Source: an uncultured Chloroflexia bacterium (GTDB lineage Bacteria; Chloroflexota; Anaerolineae; Promineifilales; Promineifilaceae). Taken from it: a stretch of 64,000 nt of DNA. The position numbers and the translations under genes are program-made. Of the stretch, positions 1 through 9,041 are shown piece by piece. Below the pieces are notes generated by a model. It had not been told where the DNA came from. It worked only from the letters and a program-made list of their open reading frames with translations, and searched no databases. Where the stretch lies: NCBI GenBank assembly GCA_963700725.1, contig CAVOYS010000008.1, positions 513,047 to 577,046 of the forward strand, in the 5' to 3' direction. Position 1 is the stretch's first letter. The number at the start of each line of letters is the position of its first letter.

Positions 1-1228
1 CGACAATGACTACATCTGCATCCGAGGTAGCCGTGCTGACGTCCAGGGTGATATCATCGAGATTCGCCCAGGCCAGCCCCGGCGAAGAGTCCGTTGCCTC
101 CCAGCTTCTTGTATCAAATCCCGACACCTCGACTGGTACATTGACATAACCCAGAAAAGCAATACTAATTCCGTTGATCTCCTGGATCACAGATTTACGG
201 GCTGAGGCACTATTCGTCCCGGCGCCAATGGTAGCGATACCGTGTCGGTATAATATGTCGATCCCTTCAAGCAATGACCCTTCCCCAAAATCCATAGCAT
301 GATTATTAGCCAGGGAGACCAAATCAAAACCGGCCATAGCGAGCGACTCGGCGGCCGCGGTCGGAGCCTGGAAAGTGTAACTTTTTTTAGCAGCCTGTCC
401 TGAGGCGCCGAGGGCAGACTCCATATTGCCAATCGTGAGATCAGCCTGGGAAAGAAGGTCTGCGACCTGGGTAAACGGGTAATTAATTTGGCCTTGTTGA
501 ATGGCGTATCCAAGAGCCCGGTCTAGCATTACATCACCAACGGCCGATAACTTAACGGTATTTTCGCCTTGCATTTCCATATTGAGTGCAAGAGCAAGCT
601 CATTCGCCGCTTCCTCAAACTCAGGAGTGGCGGTAAGAGACCAGGCCTGCTGCAGGGCATATCCGGGCTCATCAGGTAACAGGCCATCAATTCGAACAGT
701 TTTTCGATCTGGAGGAACCTCTTGCCATTCCATTACCGTAAAACGTTTATCGCCCGATTGTACAATATCAGACGCCTCATTCGAGGATAAGGATTCTAGA
801 TTGGAGGAGAAATCGACAGTAAGAGCCAGGGCGTTTTTAAAAAAAACCTGACCAGTTTCTCCTGCTTCAATGGATATATCTGCACCACTGGTTACCTGTC
901 GCCAATTCCAGGTATTATTTTGCGAGTTTAGCCCTGCGAGGACCGCCGACAAGGTGTCGCTCCAACTTCCCGTCGCCGATACATGAACGATTTTTTTTGG
1001 AGTTGGCGATGGTAGAGGGAGGGTGGGTGAAGGAACTGGTGGTGGTTCTATCGCGCCTAAAGTGAGTTTGATGGTCGGGACCACGGTCGGCATTGATATA
1101 TCGGCCATGGGTGATTCAATCTGTCTTGGAATAACGTCAAGCTTATCATTGGCCTGGCAAGCGATCAGCAACATGGCCAATAATATGGCGCAACAGAAAG
1201 CTCGAGACCTGTCATGCAAGTTCTTCAT
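1..1228 (-). CDS. CapA/PGA_cap-family (poly-gamma-glutamate synthesis-like, metallophosphatase fold) lipoprotein; C-terminus runs off the left edge
   Basis: Absent from the supplied ORF track because it has no stop in the window. Manual minus-strand translation from ATG 1228-1226 stays open for 409 codons to position 1. It reads MKNLHDRSRAFCCAILLAMLLIAC (lipobox) ... LSAVGDVMLDRALG ... ADLTIGNMESAL ... LVSLANNHAMDFGEGSL ... GIATIGAG ... INGISIAFLGY, the motif order of CapA/PGA_cap proteins. Its ATG overlaps the upstream stop (ATGA, 1225-1228). It replaces track ORFs 187-513, 501-851 and 1023-1301. Confidence 0.7.
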   Translation of the reverse strand, partial: MKNLHDRSRAFCCAILLAMLLIACQANDKLDVIPRQIESPMADISMPTVVPTIKLTLGAIEPPPVPSPTLPLPSPTPKKIVHVSATGSWSDTLSAVLAGLNSQNNTWNWRQVTSGADISIEAGETGQVFFKNALALTVDFSSNLESLSSNEASDIVQSGDKRFTVMEWQEVPPDRKTVRIDGLLPDEPGYALQQAWSLTATPEFEEAANELALALNMEMQGENTVKLSAVGDVMLDRALGYAIQQGQINYPFTQVADLLSQADLTIGNMESALGASGQAAKKSYTFQAPTAAAESLAMAGFDLVSLANNHAMDFGEGSLLEGIDILYRHGIATIGAGTNSASARKSVIQEINGISIAFLGYVNVPVEVSGFDTRSWEATDSSPGLAWANLDDITLDVSTATSDADVVIV

Positions 1229-2160
1229 CGTCCGTCGGGGATGCACGGAGGTTCCTGGTTTTCCAGTAGATATTGAATCAATGTGGATCCTATATCTCTA
1301 AGAAATCCGGCCATATCAGGACCTACGTATCGATAGTGCCAGGGTTCGTAGTAGAGGCCAGAGATGTCGAAGGTTTCGCGGGTAAAACTTAGGGTAAATC
1401 CATATTTATATGCATTTTCCACAAGCCATTGGCTCTCACTGGTCTTATAAAAATCTGTGTGGAACCCTACGTCCTCATCACCAACGATGGCAGCCAGTTC
1501 TGGGGATCCAAAGTCAACCGTTGTGCCAAGCTGGTGCTCACTATGTCCTGGTGGGGCGCTGACTATTGACGCTCGATCACCGACTTGTTCAAGCCATTTG
1601 TTCCAGGCCAAAGTCTGGGATGCATAGGACCGATAGCCCGAAATAATCTGAGGCTTTAGACCCTCTCCAAGCATGTCATTTATCATTTGGCTGAGAGGCT
1701 CAATCACGATCTGCCGAACTTGGCTTGGAAAGCCTAAAGTGACTGTCAAGGGAATATGGTCTGCCAGATTTACCAGGTCAGAAGGTTGGTATTCCCGTGA
1801 AATTCCATAAACCAGGGTCACTAACGTTAACTCATCCTCAGCAGGATTCCTATCTTTACATGCACCAATTGGGGTAGGGGAAGGTGTAACCGTTCGAGTC
1901 GCTGTTGCGGTGGGTTCTGGCAAGCTTGTTGATGTCGGCTTTGGAGTTGTACTGGCCGGCGGTTTCATCGGGGTAGCGTATGCTGTTGCCCCAGGGTTTT
2001 CAATGAAATTCGTCGACACCTCAATGGATGGTGAATACGTAGTAGAGGTTGCTACATATTGATTGGTTTGGCTCGGTGGGAAACTATCGTTCTGGCAGGA
2101 TATCAATGTGACAATGAGGATGATTGCCACCAGACCTGTTATTGAAGCATTAGAGTTCAT
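1225..2160 (-). CDS. D-alanyl-D-alanine carboxypeptidase, VanY / peptidase M15B family, lipoprotein with Pro/Thr-rich linker
   Basis: The C-terminal domain reads SGYRSYASQTLAWNKW ... APPGHSEHQLGTTVDFGS ... EPWHYRYVG, the H-x-x-x-D / EPWH zinc-peptidase pattern of VanY. The N-terminal signal ends LISC. A linker follows: PPASTTPKPTSTSLPEPTATATRTVTPSPTP. Confidence 0.85.
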   Translation of the reverse strand: MNSNASITGLVAIILIVTLISCQNDSFPPSQTNQYVATSTTYSPSIEVSTNFIENPGATAYATPMKPPASTTPKPTSTSLPEPTATATRTVTPSPTPIGACKDRNPAEDELTLVTLVYGISREYQPSDLVNLADHIPLTVTLGFPSQVRQIVIEPLSQMINDMLGEGLKPQIISGYRSYASQTLAWNKWLEQVGDRASIVSAPPGHSEHQLGTTVDFGSPELAAIVGDEDVGFHTDFYKTSESQWLVENAYKYGFTLSFTRETFDISGLYYEPWHYRYVGPDMAGFLRDIGSTLIQYLLENQEPPCIPDGR

Positions 2161-2780
2161 CGAGCCGTTAGAGCATATCGCAAGAATATTTCACGATTAA
2201 GATTGATTATCAGTAGTCCAGATTTTACTTGGCGAATGATATTCTATCCACTCCCGACGAACGACGTACCCCGCCACAGATAAAGGCTTAGGAAATCTAT
2301 CAGGAAGCTTCATGCAGGGAGGCGCTTCTAATTGTCTTCAATCAGATATTTGATTCTGTTGCGCTACTCAGGAGCCAACGTTAAAATTGAGCATATTTCA
2401 ATTGCAGCACAAAGACTAAATCTCAATCCGTCAGTAGATTATTTAGCATGAAATCAAAGTTGCGCCGTAAGAACCACATCTTCTATTATATTATTAGTTA
2501 ACATTTTCGCGCAGGATATGGGGTAGAGTTCAACGGCCTAACACACCGCTGCTTAGAGTAATTGAAATATTTCGTAGTTATCGGGACAATACAACACCAA
2601 GCTGAATGTCAACACATTGGTGTAAAGGTTGGCTGGAGATCTGAGTTGTAATTAGCCTGATATATTGCTGGGAAGCCCCGGCAAGATAATGGCCTGACGA
2701 TAAGACTGGGTTGCATGATGAGGATATACTCCCAGCAGGCGTCTAATTATTTCCAAAATAGACGAACGTCATTATTGTCA

Positions 2781-2809
2781 TCAGAATTCGATAAAGCAAC
2801 GAATTCTGA
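2781..2809. repeat. Perfect 10-bp inverted repeat (TCAGAATTCG-N9-CGAATTCTGA) nested in a longer imperfect palindrome (2761-2844)
   Basis: Read directly from the sequence. Outer arms gacgaacgtcattattgtc and gacaatgacgtggtcggtc are partly complementary. It lies in an 0.8-kb ORF-free region upstream of the glycan cluster. No T-run follows, so it is not a classical terminator. Confidence 0.6.
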
Positions 2810-2957
2810 CTAACGAACGCGAAAAGACAATGACGTGGTCGGTCTAAGTTGGAACAAAATTGCACGGGTCCCAGCATATGATTTTGGTGAGGTGATTAGC
2901 GAGTGGCCGTGTCGGTAGGGCGGAGCTTAGCCAGGTGCAGAAGGATGCGTAGCATTA

Positions 2958-3722
2958 TTGAGTGAAATTCGCGAACTTGGACTTTATTTGAATAGACAGG
3001 CCTCCAGCTTCGGTCGTTATTGCCTGGAACAAACTCTCTACCTCCTGCTTGGCTGGATTCCTACGATTGTTGGAATCGGTATTCGTGGATTGCTTTACAA
3101 GATAATTCTCAATATAGATGGTTGGGCGGCAATCGAAGATGGTGTTCGTTTGCGCTTCGGCAATTATATTTGGTTGGGACATGGTGCTTATATTGATAAA
3201 GGCGCTTATCTCCATGCTTGTCCCAATGGCATAAAGATTGGTGCAAATACCATCGTGATGTACGGGGCAATTCTCCACGTTTATAATTTTCGCGAGTTGC
3301 CTAATTCAGTTATCCGCATCGGTCGGGATTGCTTGATTGGCGAGAATAGCGTGATTCGTGGACAGGGAGGCGTCGAGATTGGTGACCGGGTTTATACCTC
3401 TCCGTTTACTCAGATTATTGCTGTGAATCATGTATTTGATGATCCTCTTCGACCTTTTGTTGAACAGGGTATCTCCGCAGAAGGAATCGTAATTGAGGAC
3501 GATGTCTGGCTTGGAGCTGGGTCCGTTATAACCGACGGCGTTACAATTGGTAAAGGCTCTGTCGTAGCCGCCGGTGCCGTCGTTACCAAGGATGTGGCCG
3601 CGGGCACGGTTGTCGGTGGTGTGCCGGCCCGGTTTATTCGCAATGTGGGTGTTGAAATCTCAAAAGCGAGTAGCCCGGAAATTTTTTTTGGTGGTGGTCG
3701 CCAATCTAAACGAGGGGATTAA
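2958..3722 (+). CDS. Hexapeptide-repeat (left-handed beta-helix) acyl/acetyltransferase, WcaF/LacA-like, with N-terminal membrane helix
   Basis: Repeated [LIV]-G-x4 hexapeptides: [88 protein letters not shown]. Hydrophobic N-terminus [19 protein letters not shown] start as called in the track; the start is uncertain. Confidence 0.8.
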   Translation: MSEIRELGLYLNRQASSFGRYCLEQTLYLLLGWIPTIVGIGIRGLLYKIILNIDGWAAIEDGVRLRFGNYIWLGHGAYIDKGAYLHACPNGIKIGANTIVMYGAILHVYNFRELPNSVIRIGRDCLIGENSVIRGQGGVEIGDRVYTSPFTQIIAVNHVFDDPLRPFVEQGISAEGIVIEDDVWLGAGSVITDGVTIGKGSVVAAGAVVTKDVAAGTVVGGVPARFIRNVGVEISKASSPEIFFGGGRQSKRGD

Positions 3723-4343
3723 CCATACTAAATGACACCATGTCTATTGTTTTGCTCGTATATTATGATGAAGGTGGGATATCCGTATCCGCCATGGTTA
3801 TTTCCCCCCAAAAAAAACCGTCATGGGATCAAATGATACCAAGAAAGCGGAAGCGGAACTTCGCTGAGTAAAGTCCCAATGATTGTAAACTGCGGGTACT
3901 TCTGCATTGGCCTACTCTGCGAGACCTAAACAACAGTTCCTGATGTGAAGGGTTTTTCAAGAATATTAATCTTAGACAATTCACGTTGACCATCTTGGCG
4001 CCTAATCCTGGTTACCCGTTTCACTTTAAGATCTTAAAAAAGAGGATGTTACCGTTTAGGTATGAGAAGAGAGCAAGCTGATAGGAATAGGAGGTCCTTG
4101 TGCTAATATCAGGGACTACCGGCCGATTGACTTCGCTGGCGACAGAAATGCACCTTTCATAGGTGGGCGTTTCGCACTCGTTTGCCGATCAGGTAATTGA
4201 ACATGCCATTTTTTGTCTGGTCGCCGATAAATAATGCCTTAAACGCCAGCCAGGAGTATGTTTTGTCGAGGAAAGCTGACACGATTTCACGAATTGAAAA
4301 CTATAGCGCACCGTAAGAAACAGGTTCATAAAAACAGCGGAAA

Positions 4344-7073
4344 ATGAAACTAGAATATAGAACAAAACAAAGTCCGTTAAGGCTTATTAAGCTTGTGTTG
4401 CTCGCTTTGAGTTTGGGTGCTCTCCTGTCACTTATATCAGGTGTATTCGCTCAAAACACCGGAGAAAATTGGCAAGATCCTATCAATATTTCTCAATCAG
4501 CAGGAGCAAACAGTCCCCGTATTGTAGTTGATTCTCTCGGGCGATCTCACGTTATTTGGACATATTCCTCCAATAGTTTCGTTTACTCAAGAGAAAATGA
4601 GAGTGGGTGGAGCCAGCCGGAATTGGTTGAATTGCCATTTGGTACCCGGCGATATAATTTGGCATTGCGAGAAACTGAACAGACACCATTATACATCCCG
4701 CTTCTATTTGCGGACCCGGAAGGGAATATTCATGCTCTGTGGCGAGATGACGAAGCGACTTTGTTCCAGAGCAGGGTTGCGGCTGATGAGTTTGGGGTAT
4801 TTGAGGCTTGGTCGGTTCCACAGCAGCTAGCCGAAGCGGCTCTTGATATGAACCTTGAATTTTCCGACACCGGCCTAATGCATCTCGTTTATATTCGACC
4901 TCTTGAGTCTCCCCAGTTCCCGGCAGGTATATATTATCGACAATCTATCGATGATGGGGCAGCATGGTCAGCCCCGATACCGCTGTATCAATCACCCTAT
5001 TTCCAGTCTCTGGACGCCGGCCGAGCGAATGTCCAAATCACCACGACAGAAACCGATCAGCTTGTTGTCTCGTGGGAAGATCCGATACAAGAAAAATTGT
5101 TCGTCATCCATTCCGCTGACAGTGGTGGTACCTGGGATCCAGTCATCGAGGTGGATGGACGCCAAGAAACTGATGGAACGGATTCGTACGGACCTGGACA
5201 ACTCACCATGGCTTCATCTCAGAATGCGGTCCACCTCATGTGGCAGGCCGGCCATCAAGGCGATAACTGTGAAATCTACCATCAAATGTCCCCGAATGGT
5301 GGGGAAACCTGGTTACCTCAGCAGGAGGTGCTTGGCCTAATTTCTGACTGTGCTAACAAGCTATGGTTAGTTGATGATCCGTCAGGCAATTTGCTCCTGA
5401 TTGACGAGACGGAAGGTGGCACCTATGTAGCAGTCTGGGACGGACAGGAGTGGAGTGAACCATCGATAGAAGGAGCGATAACTTCATATGTTAATCCTGT
5501 AACTTTCCGAGAGATCGAACTAGCGTGCAAGCAGCCTGTAATTGCCGGTGTCGGAACAGAAGCGTCTCCCTACAGGATATCGGTACTTGGTTGTGAAAGC
5601 CAACCCAATCGAGATATTTGGCTTAGAACTGCCGAGCTGATCTCGTTGGTTGAACGCATTGCCCCTTCTGTGGAACCTGTTTGGCAACCGGCGGAGTTGT
5701 TAACCACAGCTGGGAGTATTGACGGGCTCGTAATGGCTGGCGATTCCGTAGGACAACTCCACGCGTTCTGGAGCCAGCAAAATCTGGAAACAAGTTCAAG
5801 TGATAGCATCTATTATGGTGGCTGGGATGGCATGTCGTGGTCTTCAGTTCGGGAAATATTTTCATCACCCAATGGATTATCTTCGGTTAAGCCATCGGTC
5901 ATATTTGATTCCCCAAATAAGCTATCGGCCGTATGGGTGGAAGGCGATCCAGGCGAGATCCTCTTCAGCCAATCGACCGCCGCGAATGCTTCGGCGCCCG
6001 CTGAATGGGCTGTGCCGATCAATTTGCCTTTACCTCGCGCGGCTGCCACAAATCCCAGTATTGCTCGTGATCGAAATGGATCTCTGTATGTGGCCTATGC
6101 TGTTCCGCTAAATGAAGATCGAGGAATCTATGTAACCACGTCAGTGGATGGGGGTGATAACTGGCATGAACCAGTTCGCGTTTTTAATGCGGTCGAATCT
6201 TCGTGGGATATGGTGGATGATCCAGAGTTAACCATAGGTGGAGACGGTACCCTACATCTCATGTGGATACGATATGGCTCACCGCCTCTTGGCATTCCGT
6301 TGTCCATCCATTATTCTGAGTCAACGAACGGGGGATTGACCTGGTCAGAACCAGATGAGGTTGCCCTGGGAAAGATATTGTGGGGCGAACCTCTCGCCAT
6401 CGGTGACCGGCTTATACACCGGTTATGGTACGTCGAGGGTGACGGAATCTGGAATGAAATTTCCATCGACTCCGGTCTGACATGGGGGCAGTTACAGCGC
6501 CTGCCAGGGTCCCAGGAAGTAGCATTTCCTTTGGATACTACTCTTGACCCCGCGGGCCGTCCGCATGTGGTAGCTATTGGTAGCAATCAAAAGTTGGGTC
6601 GCAGCCAGGGTAACTTGGTCAGGCATTGGATATGGTCTGATGATCGTTGGGTGATTGAGGAGAACCTCGATGTCGCCGGGAGTGGTGTAAGGAGCTTGGC
6701 TTCGACCGTTACAGTCGATGGAAAACTCGTAGTATTGTATAGCGGTCCATCTGAAGAGGTGGCAAACGATATTGGTCTGATGGATATTTACGGCAGTAGC
6801 CGGGTCCTTCATCTGCCGTCCATCTTATCGACACCTTTGCCGACTTTTACGCCTCAACCTCCACCACAGGTGACTGCGAGACCGACGCAAACGCCCGCGC
6901 CAACGCCAACTGTCTTTTTTCCAATAGAGCAAAATGAGGATGGGGGGCTGTCCCTTCCCATCGATACGAGCAGCCCGTTCGTTGGTCCTTTGGTTGGAGT
7001 GATACCGGCCATCATCGTTATTGTGGTAGCGTTTTTTGTCGTGGTCAGGATAATTCGAGGCGACCGGCGCTAG
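4344..7073 (+). CDS. BNR/Asp-box repeat (sialidase-like beta-propeller) surface protein with N-terminal signal, Pro/Thr-rich stalk and C-terminal TM anchor
   Basis: Six clear S-x-D-x-G-x-(T/A)-W Asp-boxes: SIDDGAAW, SADSGGTW, SPNGGETW, SVDGGDNW, STNGGLTW, SIDSGLTW. They alternate with G-x-LHLMW-type strands. Signal LVLLALSLGALLSLISGVFA. Stalk TPLPTFTPQPPPQVTARPTQTPAPTPT. Tail VGVIPAIIVIVVAFFVVVRIIRGDRR. Confidence 0.7.
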   Translation: MKLEYRTKQSPLRLIKLVLLALSLGALLSLISGVFAQNTGENWQDPINISQSAGANSPRIVVDSLGRSHVIWTYSSNSFVYSRENESGWSQPELVELPFGTRRYNLALRETEQTPLYIPLLFADPEGNIHALWRDDEATLFQSRVAADEFGVFEAWSVPQQLAEAALDMNLEFSDTGLMHLVYIRPLESPQFPAGIYYRQSIDDGAAWSAPIPLYQSPYFQSLDAGRANVQITTTETDQLVVSWEDPIQEKLFVIHSADSGGTWDPVIEVDGRQETDGTDSYGPGQLTMASSQNAVHLMWQAGHQGDNCEIYHQMSPNGGETWLPQQEVLGLISDCANKLWLVDDPSGNLLLIDETEGGTYVAVWDGQEWSEPSIEGAITSYVNPVTFREIELACKQPVIAGVGTEASPYRISVLGCESQPNRDIWLRTAELISLVERIAPSVEPVWQPAELLTTAGSIDGLVMAGDSVGQLHAFWSQQNLETSSSDSIYYGGWDGMSWSSVREIFSSPNGLSSVKPSVIFDSPNKLSAVWVEGDPGEILFSQSTAANASAPAEWAVPINLPLPRAAATNPSIARDRNGSLYVAYAVPLNEDRGIYVTTSVDGGDNWHEPVRVFNAVESSWDMVDDPELTIGGDGTLHLMWIRYGSPPLGIPLSIHYSESTNGGLTWSEPDEVALGKILWGEPLAIGDRLIHRLWYVEGDGIWNEISIDSGLTWGQLQRLPGSQEVAFPLDTTLDPAGRPHVVAIGSNQKLGRSQGNLVRHWIWSDDRWVIEENLDVAGSGVRSLASTVTVDGKLVVLYSGPSEEVANDIGLMDIYGSSRVLHLPSILSTPLPTFTPQPPPQVTARPTQTPAPTPTVFFPIEQNEDGGLSLPIDTSSPFVGPLVGVIPAIIVIVVAFFVVVRIIRGDRR

Positions 7074-7093
7074 GGAATTGAATAATCTGCCGG

Positions 7094-9040
7094 ATGAACA
7101 TCATTGAATTACGCTCTTTACCTAAATGGTACGCATATTTTGATGTAACTTGTGCTGGGTTCGCCGGTGGGCTCTGGTTGGTTCGACCGCAACTCGGTTT
7201 CTGGCCGCTGTTCATTGGGCTTGCTCCTTGGGCGATACGTCTCCTTCTGTCCGGCCGGCCTAGTACCGCTACAGCTTTTGATCTGCCCCTGGCCATATTC
7301 CTTCTGACGGCGATCGTAAGTATATGGTCGGCATATGACCAGGAAACCGCCTGGGCAAAATTATGGCTGATATTAGGCGCAGTACTCTTATTTTATGCGT
7401 ACGCTAACTGGGCTGTTTCCGGCAACCGTTCGCGCAGTTACGAGCAGTCCTGGAGCCTGGCTATTCTAGGAGGATCGACAGCTATCTTTTTTTTGGCCAC
7501 CCATGATTGGGAAGCTTATCCGGCCAAGCTGCCATTTTTAATGACGCTTGGTCGAGCTCTTCAAACGCCTCTTCCAGCCTTCTCCTTTGAATATATCCAT
7601 CCTAATATCATCGGCAGTATCTTAGCGATGATGGCCCCCTTCGCCGGGGCAACCGTTTGGATGTCACGGGAAAAGGGAAGGCCGATTGAATTAGTTATCG
7701 CGATTGCTCTCCTGATCCTAATTCTCTTTGGTCTGCTGATGACGACAGCCAGAGGAGCCTGGATCGGCCTAATCGGGACCGTGGTGTTGGCTAGCATGTG
7801 GCCCTTATCTCGATATTTAACGCGAGATCGCCAAGGTCGGCGTTTATTATTTGTCGCGATCCCTTCAGCGTTTCTCCTTATATTTCTGCTCATTTTAGTG
7901 GCCGTGCCTGACAATTTTGCGCGGCTAATCGCCTGGTTACCTGCCTCAGAATCAGGCATAGTTCGGGGGGAATTGTACGCCAACAGCCTGGCGCTGCTGA
8001 ATGATTATCCCATCATCGGCGCCGGCTTAGGTAGCTTTATGATGCTCTATTCTACCTATTCGTTGTTGATCCAGGTTGGCTTCAATACGAGCAGCCACAA
8101 TATGTATTTTGATCTGATTATCGACCAGGGCATTGTCGCACTGGCGACTCTTTTCTGGATGTGGTTATTAATGGGCGAGGCGGTTCTGCGGAGTTTAGGC
8201 GACAAGCGGACACGTAAGACCAGGCGAAGGCGGGTGATAGATCAGACCTCTGTACAGATTTCTAATACTAATTTTGCGGAGAGTGACATTACTTCCCCCC
8301 ATTCGGGTACAGGTCGTGGGCAAATTTGGCGCCAAAATGTAATTTTAGGCGCCTCGGCAATGTCTTTAATGGTCATGCTGCTACATGGACTAGTAGATGA
8401 CTCGATCTATTACACCCGGGCGCTACTCATTTTCTTCCTACCTCTAGCTTTCTCAGTTCCAATCTTAAAGAAAACCGCTGCCCTGTCATGGCGACAGCGA
8501 GTTTACACGGCGTCAGCGGCCGCGCTAATTATTCTGGTTATCACTGTTATCTGGTGGCGGCCGTTAGGGTCTATAATGGAAGCAAACTTGGCATCCGTAC
8601 AACAAAGTAAGACAGAATTGAGTGTCTATACGTGGCCGGAATGGCCGGTTCAGGATGTGGTTCGCCGCCAGAGTGATCTCCGGTCGGTGATAGCCGGTTA
8701 TAAGCGGGCATTGAAAATTAATCCCGACAATGTCAGCGCAAACCGCCGGCTCGGTCAGATTGAGTTATCGTTGGCACAATATGAAGATGCCTTAGACCAC
8801 CTGGAGATGGCTTATGCCCGCTCGCCACAGGACAATGCAACCCGCCAGTTACTTGGCGAGGCTTACATAACCAATGGCGCTCTTGAAAAAGGGGCTGTGC
8901 TTTGGCAAACAATAGATAGTGGCCAACACCAATTACCGATACGGCAATTCTGGTATGGTTATATTGGCGATAATGAACGACAAGAAAATATCAGTATCGT
9001 CATAAATGCTCTAGATAGTAGCAGTGGTGAATTGGAGTAA
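7094..9040 (+). CDS. Wzy_C-domain (O-antigen ligase/polymerase family) polytopic membrane protein fused to a C-terminal TPR domain
   Basis: About 12 hydrophobic segments. Wzy_C signature region TTARGAWIGLIG ... RGELYANSLALLNDYPIIGAGLGSF ... SSHNMYFDLIIDQGIVAL. C-terminal TPR-like repeats YKRALKINPDNVSANRRLGQIELSLAQYEDALDHLEMAYARSPQDN. Confidence 0.75.
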   Translation: MNIIELRSLPKWYAYFDVTCAGFAGGLWLVRPQLGFWPLFIGLAPWAIRLLLSGRPSTATAFDLPLAIFLLTAIVSIWSAYDQETAWAKLWLILGAVLLFYAYANWAVSGNRSRSYEQSWSLAILGGSTAIFFLATHDWEAYPAKLPFLMTLGRALQTPLPAFSFEYIHPNIIGSILAMMAPFAGATVWMSREKGRPIELVIAIALLILILFGLLMTTARGAWIGLIGTVVLASMWPLSRYLTRDRQGRRLLFVAIPSAFLLIFLLILVAVPDNFARLIAWLPASESGIVRGELYANSLALLNDYPIIGAGLGSFMMLYSTYSLLIQVGFNTSSHNMYFDLIIDQGIVALATLFWMWLLMGEAVLRSLGDKRTRKTRRRRVIDQTSVQISNTNFAESDITSPHSGTGRGQIWRQNVILGASAMSLMVMLLHGLVDDSIYYTRALLIFFLPLAFSVPILKKTAALSWRQRVYTASAAALIILVITVIWWRPLGSIMEANLASVQQSKTELSVYTWPEWPVQDVVRRQSDLRSVIAGYKRALKINPDNVSANRRLGQIELSLAQYEDALDHLEMAYARSPQDNATRQLLGEAYITNGALEKGAVLWQTIDSGQHQLPIRQFWYGYIGDNERQENISIVINALDSSSGELE

Positions 9041-9041
9041 T

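Noticed and set aside
187-1301. Track ORFs 187-513 (-), 501-851 (+) and 1023-1301 (+)
   Set aside because: All three lie inside, or antisense to, the long open minus-strand frame (1-1228). That frame has clear CapA-family motifs and a lipoprotein signal. The three translations are low-complexity and carry no motifs.
2911-2925. ops/JUMPstart-like sequence GTCGGTAGGGCGGAG upstream of the cluster
   Set aside because: It matches only about 6 of 8 positions of GGCGGTAG. RfaH/ops is a proteobacterial system and chance occurrence is plausible. I kept it only as a side remark in the leader finding.
4528-6812. Nine nested or antisense ORFs (69-145 aa) within the 909-aa BNR gene
   Set aside because: They overlap a frame with six regular Asp-boxes. 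Their translations are Arg/Ser/Pro-rich, as expected from off-frame reading of a GC-richer gene.
9024-9041. GTG start at 9024 for the epimerase
   Set aside because: It would overlap the upstream stop by 17 nt. ATG 9042 has GGAG at the right distance and gives MRQSVLVTGGAGFIGS, the usual position of the Rossmann motif.
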